From Chloroflexota bacterium (GTDB lineage: Bacteria > Chloroflexota > Dehalococcoidia > Lucifugimonadales > JADFKI01): 64,000 nucleotides of DNA. This document shows positions 60,997-64,000 of the stretch, in pieces. The translations under genes and the position numbers were made by a program. The stretch covers positions 1 to 64,000 of the forward strand of contig JAQBUT010000005.1 in assembly GCA_027623195.1 (NCBI GenBank), read 5' to 3'. The stretch's first letter is position 1. Every line of letters begins with the position of its first letter. The notes below the pieces were generated by a model. It had not been told where the DNA came from. It made no database searches and worked only from the letters and a program-made list of their open reading frames with translations.

Positions 60997-61074
60997 CACG
61001 CCCAACCCCCCGCTTATATACCAGGTAATCAACAGGGCTGGGGCAACGCCTCAGGTAAGGAAAAGGGTGAGATC

Positions 61075-62067
61075 ATGGGACAGATTGTTATTGGCATGGG
61101 TTCGTCTCACAGTCCGCAGTTAAGCACGCCGTCAGAGTTGTGGCTAAACCACGGCGAGGGTGACAAGCATAATCCCGCCCTGCTAGATAACAGGGGTGTG
61201 CATCGCACCTTTGAGGAGTTGCTGGAGATTGCCCCTGCCAACATCGCACAGCAGTTGGCTCCTGAAAAGATGGAAGAACGCCATCAGGCTAACCAGCGCG
61301 GAATTGCCCGACTGGCAGAGGCCTACGTCAACGCTAATCTCGACGCATTAGTAATCATTGGCGACGACCAGGAAGAGATGTTCCGGAACGATCATCGGCC
61401 AGCAATAGCCGTCTATTGGGGCGAGACATTCGTCAATGGCGCGGTGCATATTACGCCGGACATGTCTGAGGCTCGAAAGGCTTCCGCGTGGGGCTGGCGA
61501 GAGCCGGACGGTGAGAGGTCCTTCCCGGTGGCTGCAGACATAGGCCTGCATTTAATCGAACACCTGCGAGAACAGGACTTTGATATCGCCCATATTAAGC
61601 AGGTCCCTGATTGGCACACCCAGATGGGACATGCCTTCGCCTTCGTCTACCGTCGCATTATGCAGGAGAATATCATTCCCACCATTCCCATCATGGTGAA
61701 TACCTATTATCCGCCCAACCAGCCAACGCTAAACCGCTGTTACCAGTTGGGGCGCGAGATCAGGGCCGCCGTGGAATCCTGGCCCGCTGGCATACGCGTT
61801 GGAGTCATCGCCTCCGGAGGTCTGAGCCACTTCGTAATCGACGAGGACATGGACCAGCAGGTGATGAAGGCGCTTCGCGAAGGTGACAAGGACGCGCTGG
61901 TCTCTCTGCCCAGGGAGCGGATGGACTCGGGCACATCGGAGATACGAAACTGGATTGCCATGTCTGGCGCCTCTGAGGGGCTCAGCCACCAGTGGTCGGA
62001 TTACGTACCCAGCTACAGAACAATGGCAGGCACAGGATGCGCCATGGGTTTCGGCATCTGGGCATAG
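61075..62067 (+). CDS. Class III extradiol ring-cleavage dioxygenase (LigB-like)
   Basis: SHSP, GDDQ.E, GHAF, ASGGLSH, SGTSEIRNW. Confidence 0.85.
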   Translation: MGQIVIGMGSSHSPQLSTPSELWLNHGEGDKHNPALLDNRGVHRTFEELLEIAPANIAQQLAPEKMEERHQANQRGIARLAEAYVNANLDALVIIGDDQEEMFRNDHRPAIAVYWGETFVNGAVHITPDMSEARKASAWGWREPDGERSFPVAADIGLHLIEHLREQDFDIAHIKQVPDWHTQMGHAFAFVYRRIMQENIIPTIPIMVNTYYPPNQPTLNRCYQLGREIRAAVESWPAGIRVGVIASGGLSHFVIDEDMDQQVMKALREGDKDALVSLPRERMDSGTSEIRNWIAMSGASEGLSHQWSDYVPSYRTMAGTGCAMGFGIWA

Positions 62068-62152
62068 CGTATTATCAGGCAATCAACGAAAGGCCATATT
62101 CGCAGGAGGTCAATATCGGAAGTCACAACATCTGGTTGCGAGGGGGTAAAGC

Positions 62153-63262
62153 TTGGAAGGAGCATACAGGGCAGACCATATAGGTAGCCTGCTCAGGCCA
62201 ATCGAAGTGAAGGAAGCTCGGGCGGCATTCCGTAGCGGTGCCATAAACCGCAGGCAACTGACGGCAGTGGAGGATCGCGCCATACAGGTAGCCCTGGAAC
62301 GCCAACGCCAGACCGGAATCGACGTTTTCTCCGATGGCGAGTTCCGTCGCTCCAGCTTTCAAAACGACCTCGCGGAATCAGTGGATGGTTACGTGGCCTC
62401 TGAGGTACCTTCAGTCGTCCGCATGTGGCAAGGTCCCGGCGGCGAACCCCAAGAACAGGGTACGAACCTGGTAGTCGGAGGAAAGCTACGTCCCCGGCGC
62501 CGCCTTACCAGGCAGCAAACCGCCTTTCTGAACGACCATGCCCCCGGCCCATTCAAGATTACGCTGCCCAGTGCCAATCAGTTCCCCACTATTAGCTACC
62601 AGGAAGGCCTCACCGACAAATTCTACCCTACCCGCTCGGACCTGCTTTGGGAGATCGTAGGAATCCTGAAGAACGAAGTGCAGGCGCTGGTGAACGACGG
62701 CGTGTCCTACATTCAAATAGATGCGCCAAGGTACAGCTACTTTGTCGATCCCAAGTGGCGGCAGCACCTTAAGGACATGGGACAGGACCCAGACAAGCTT
62801 TTTGAGGAAGCGGTGCAGGCAGACAACGCCTGTCTTGAGGGTGTGGAGCGGGACGGCACCACGCTGGCTATGCACATCTGCCGAGGCAACAACCAGAGCA
62901 AATGGTACGCCCAGGGCGGATATGAGCCCATCGCCGAAAAGCTGTTCGGTTCGCTGAATGTGGATAGGTTCCTGCTGGAATACGACACGGAGCGCGCAGG
63001 GACTTTCGAGCCACTAAGATTCATACCCAGTAACAAGATGGTAGTGCTTGGGCTTGTCAGCACCAAGGACCCTACCCTGGAAACTGAAGACGAAATACTG
63101 CGCCGTATCGACGAGGCATCGAAGTTCGTAGCTCTGGAACGGCTAGCCCTGAGCCCGCAGTGCGGATTTGCATCTACGGAGGCTGGCAACCTTCTCACAG
63201 AAGACCAGCAGTGGCGCAAGATGCAGCTAGTGGTAGAGGTTGCCCGCAAGGTCTGGGGCTGA
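62153..63262 (+). CDS. Cobalamin-independent methionine synthase II family protein
   Basis: GSLLRP, DGEFRR, HICRGN, LEYD, SPQCGF. Confidence 0.9.
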   Translation: MEGAYRADHIGSLLRPIEVKEARAAFRSGAINRRQLTAVEDRAIQVALERQRQTGIDVFSDGEFRRSSFQNDLAESVDGYVASEVPSVVRMWQGPGGEPQEQGTNLVVGGKLRPRRRLTRQQTAFLNDHAPGPFKITLPSANQFPTISYQEGLTDKFYPTRSDLLWEIVGILKNEVQALVNDGVSYIQIDAPRYSYFVDPKWRQHLKDMGQDPDKLFEEAVQADNACLEGVERDGTTLAMHICRGNNQSKWYAQGGYEPIAEKLFGSLNVDRFLLEYDTERAGTFEPLRFIPSNKMVVLGLVSTKDPTLETEDEILRRIDEASKFVALERLALSPQCGFASTEAGNLLTEDQQWRKMQLVVEVARKVWG

Positions 63263-63346
63263 TAGGTCGCGAGTCTGGCTGACCTTCAGCTTCCCCTCTC
63301 AATCACCCTGGGCCGGCTCCTCTAGCCGGTAGGAAAGGCTTGTGAA

Positions 63347-64000
63347 GTGAAATGTAGCACCGACCGAATACTTACCACCCATACGGGCAGCCTACCGCGC
63401 CCACCTGAACTGGTGGCGATGATGCAGGCGAAGGAAGACGGCAACCCCTTCGACCAGAAGGCCTTCGATGAGCGGGTTCGCACAGCCGTTGCCGATATCG
63501 TCAGGCTTCAGGTAGAGGCAGGCATCGATATAATCAGCGACGGGGTGCAGGGCAAACCCAACTTTGCCACGTACGTGAAGGACCGGATTGCCGGGTTTGA
63601 TGGTGTGAATCCCGAACCTCGAGTGTTTGGTGACCGCAGGGCCTTCCCTGAGTGGAACGCCACAACCACCTCCAGCAAGCTGATGAACGGGGTTCGACTA
63701 CTGTGTACCAACGAGCTAAGCTGGAAAAACCAGTCAGCAGTTGGAATCGACATTGATAACTTTCGAGCGGCGCTGACCGACAACTCTGCGGAAGACGCAT
63801 TTATTCCGTCAGCATCGCTGGGCATCATTGCGGAGATAATTCGCAACACGCACTACCCAAGCGAAAAGGCGTACCTGTACGCGCTAGCCGACGCCATGAA
63901 GGTGGAGTACGAGGCAATAGCGAACGCAGGTTTCGTATTGCAAATCGACGCTCCGGATGCCGCCCTCGGCAGGCACGCGCAGTTCTGGGACAAGAGTCTG
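63347..64000 (+). CDS. Second methionine synthase II family protein (partial; runs off the window)
   Basis: GTG 63347: KCSTDRILTTHTGSLPRP, AGIDIISDG, LQIDAPD; absent from the ORF track because no stop is in the window. Confidence 0.85.
   Translation, partial: MKCSTDRILTTHTGSLPRPPELVAMMQAKEDGNPFDQKAFDERVRTAVADIVRLQVEAGIDIISDGVQGKPNFATYVKDRIAGFDGVNPEPRVFGDRRAFPEWNATTTSSKLMNGVRLLCTNELSWKNQSAVGIDIDNFRAALTDNSAEDAFIPSASLGIIAEIIRNTHYPSEKAYLYALADAMKVEYEAIANAGFVLQIDAPDAALGRHAQFWDKSL

Noticed and set aside
1..64000. CRISPR array, rRNA, IS or prophage
   Set aside because: No regularly spaced repeats, rRNA motifs, transposase or phage genes were recognised.

Overview
Bacterial chromosomal window of moderately high GC. 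Gene content (paralogous LLM flavin oxidoreductases, family III CoA-transferase, amidohydrolases, MetE-like proteins, inositol lipid genes, lipoproteins) suggests Chloroflexota, Dehalococcoidia/SAR202-like; this is inference, not a database result. The left part holds housekeeping and envelope genes: ino1-pimA-pgsA-like cluster, glmU, a CBS transporter, a collagen-like lipoprotein and tRNA-Arg(CCG). The centre holds a cheA-cheC-cheD-cheY-cheB-cheR operon with an unusual tail (degenerate HD-GYP, a protein with a FliM-like N-terminal peptide plus Zn ribbon, and a CheX variant), an opp operon and a frameshifting prfB. The right part is a catabolic paralog-rich region. Most notable: (1) a candidate new CheY-P output/adaptor module; (2) a possible RF2-sensing uORF/terminator attenuator upstream of prfB; (3) a membrane sensor with DHp+REC but no ATPase domain; (4) a 17-bp motif shared by two distant promoter regions; (5) in-frame TAG codons, two of them in a Sir2-like gene flanked by a 10-bp direct repeat. 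No CRISPR, rRNA, integrase or transposase was seen. All family calls are from motif recognition by eye.
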